Part shown: positions 63,170-64,000 of the stretch, in pieces
How the letters are laid out: the number at the start of each line of letters is the position of its first letter
Numbering within the stretch: position 1 is the first letter of the stretch
Assembly (NCBI RefSeq): GCF_037042905.1
Contig: NC_087246.1
Coordinates: 1,428,001-1,492,000, forward strand
Length of the DNA: 64,000 nucleotides
Direction: 5' to 3'
Source: Lytechinus pictus
Taxonomy: Eukaryota
Made by a program: the position numbers and the translations under genes
The notes under the pieces: model-generated
The model's database searches: none
The model's input: the letters and a program-made list of their open reading frames with translations, nothing else
What the model was told of the DNA's origin: nothing

Positions 63170-64000
63170 CAGGGCTCGACACTAGCGGCGGTCCGACGGT
63201 CCCAGACCGGTAAAAATCGCTGTCGGGCCAGTAGATTTTCAGAAATAGGAAGATTTACTGGTCCAACATGACCAGTAAAAAATATCATTGTCGGGCCAGT
63301 AATTTTTCCAAAAATAGCAAGATTTTAAGGGTCCAAAATGACCAGTAATAAAAACCATTGTTGGGCCAATAACTTTTCCAGAAATGGTCAAATTCACTGC
63401 AAACCATTTCCCCCCGATAAATTCTGTCATTCACACACAGAATACACACAGAATGAATTGCACGTAAGTGTTACTAGAGTAGATACAGTGTACATGTAGC
63501 CAGCCACACAACCCACGTGGTAAATTCTCTACTGGCTGCGCGAACGAAACTTGGCTGAACTCTGGCAGAAATCTCTCACAGAACTGTCAAAATTCACGGT
63601 TCATACTCGTGAAAGGCTCTTATAATGTCCATATTTCCTAAAAATTGGAGTAACTCTGTCATTTGTAAGCAGTAAAAGGAGAAATTTTCACTTCTGTTTG
63701 GTTCAAACAGATCGGGTTTCGGGTGATATCGTCTGAATACATATTAGCCCCACATATGCATTTATGTGTGTGTTGATACACTTGGTTTCTGACTTTCTTT
63801 CGTAGCTATTTTAATTGAGCCAAAAAGATACTGATAAATTATTTATGATGATAGTTTTAGCTTTATTCCTCTGTTTTCTTCCTATCTTTCTTTCCTTCTT
63901 TCTTTTCAATCTTTCTTTGTTTCTTCCCTCTCTTCTTTCACTTTTTTGTTACTGTCTTTCTTTTTTATTTTCCCTTTTTTTCTTTGATTCGTTCGATCTT
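63170..64000. mobile_element. Left part of a hAT-like element, probably running off the window
   Basis: Terminus cagggctcgacact; three subterminal gacc(a/g)gtaa...tgtcgggccag repeats; 63750-63790 is similar to 48120-48160 of the 47496 element. Confidence 0.55.

Overview
AT-rich, intron-containing animal genomic DNA, not a prokaryote. The repeat landscape (poly-G/C-ended hAT-like MITEs, tRNA-derived SINEs, Kolobok/Sola/Helentron-like elements) suggests a marine invertebrate such as a sea urchin; that is an inference, not shown. Three spliced protein-coding genes can be rebuilt by hand with consistent GT-AG junctions and phases. (1) The first two coding exons of an RSKR/SGK494-like kinase (- strand, 30550->25911); the remaining exons were not found and probably lie left of the window. 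(2) A complete 6-exon TMX2 (+ strand, 41764-51604, 275 aa, WSxxC site, C-terminal KKDN). (3) A complete 4-coding-exon DUF4807/F58A4.6-like gene (- strand, 58543->55697, 339 aa), convergent with TMX2. Much of the rest is non-autonomous DNA transposons, many with readable TIRs and TSDs (8, 6, 4 and 3 bp, and TTAA), plus SINEs, a frameshifted CR1/L2-type LINE and microsatellites. Most notable structures: a >1-kb foldback/TU-like inverted repeat with a palindromic modular outer domain at the left edge; a family of hAT-like elements that share internal modules (GCGC-GAA-GCGC mini-hairpin arrays) but differ in termini; an 11-kb nested transposon pile between two divergent genes; a TATA/Inr-driven candidate alternative first exon in the kinase intron; and a piggyBac-like MITE inserted at the TMX2 stop codon. 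No CRISPR array, rRNA or true tRNA gene is supported. Family names come from motif recall, not database searches.
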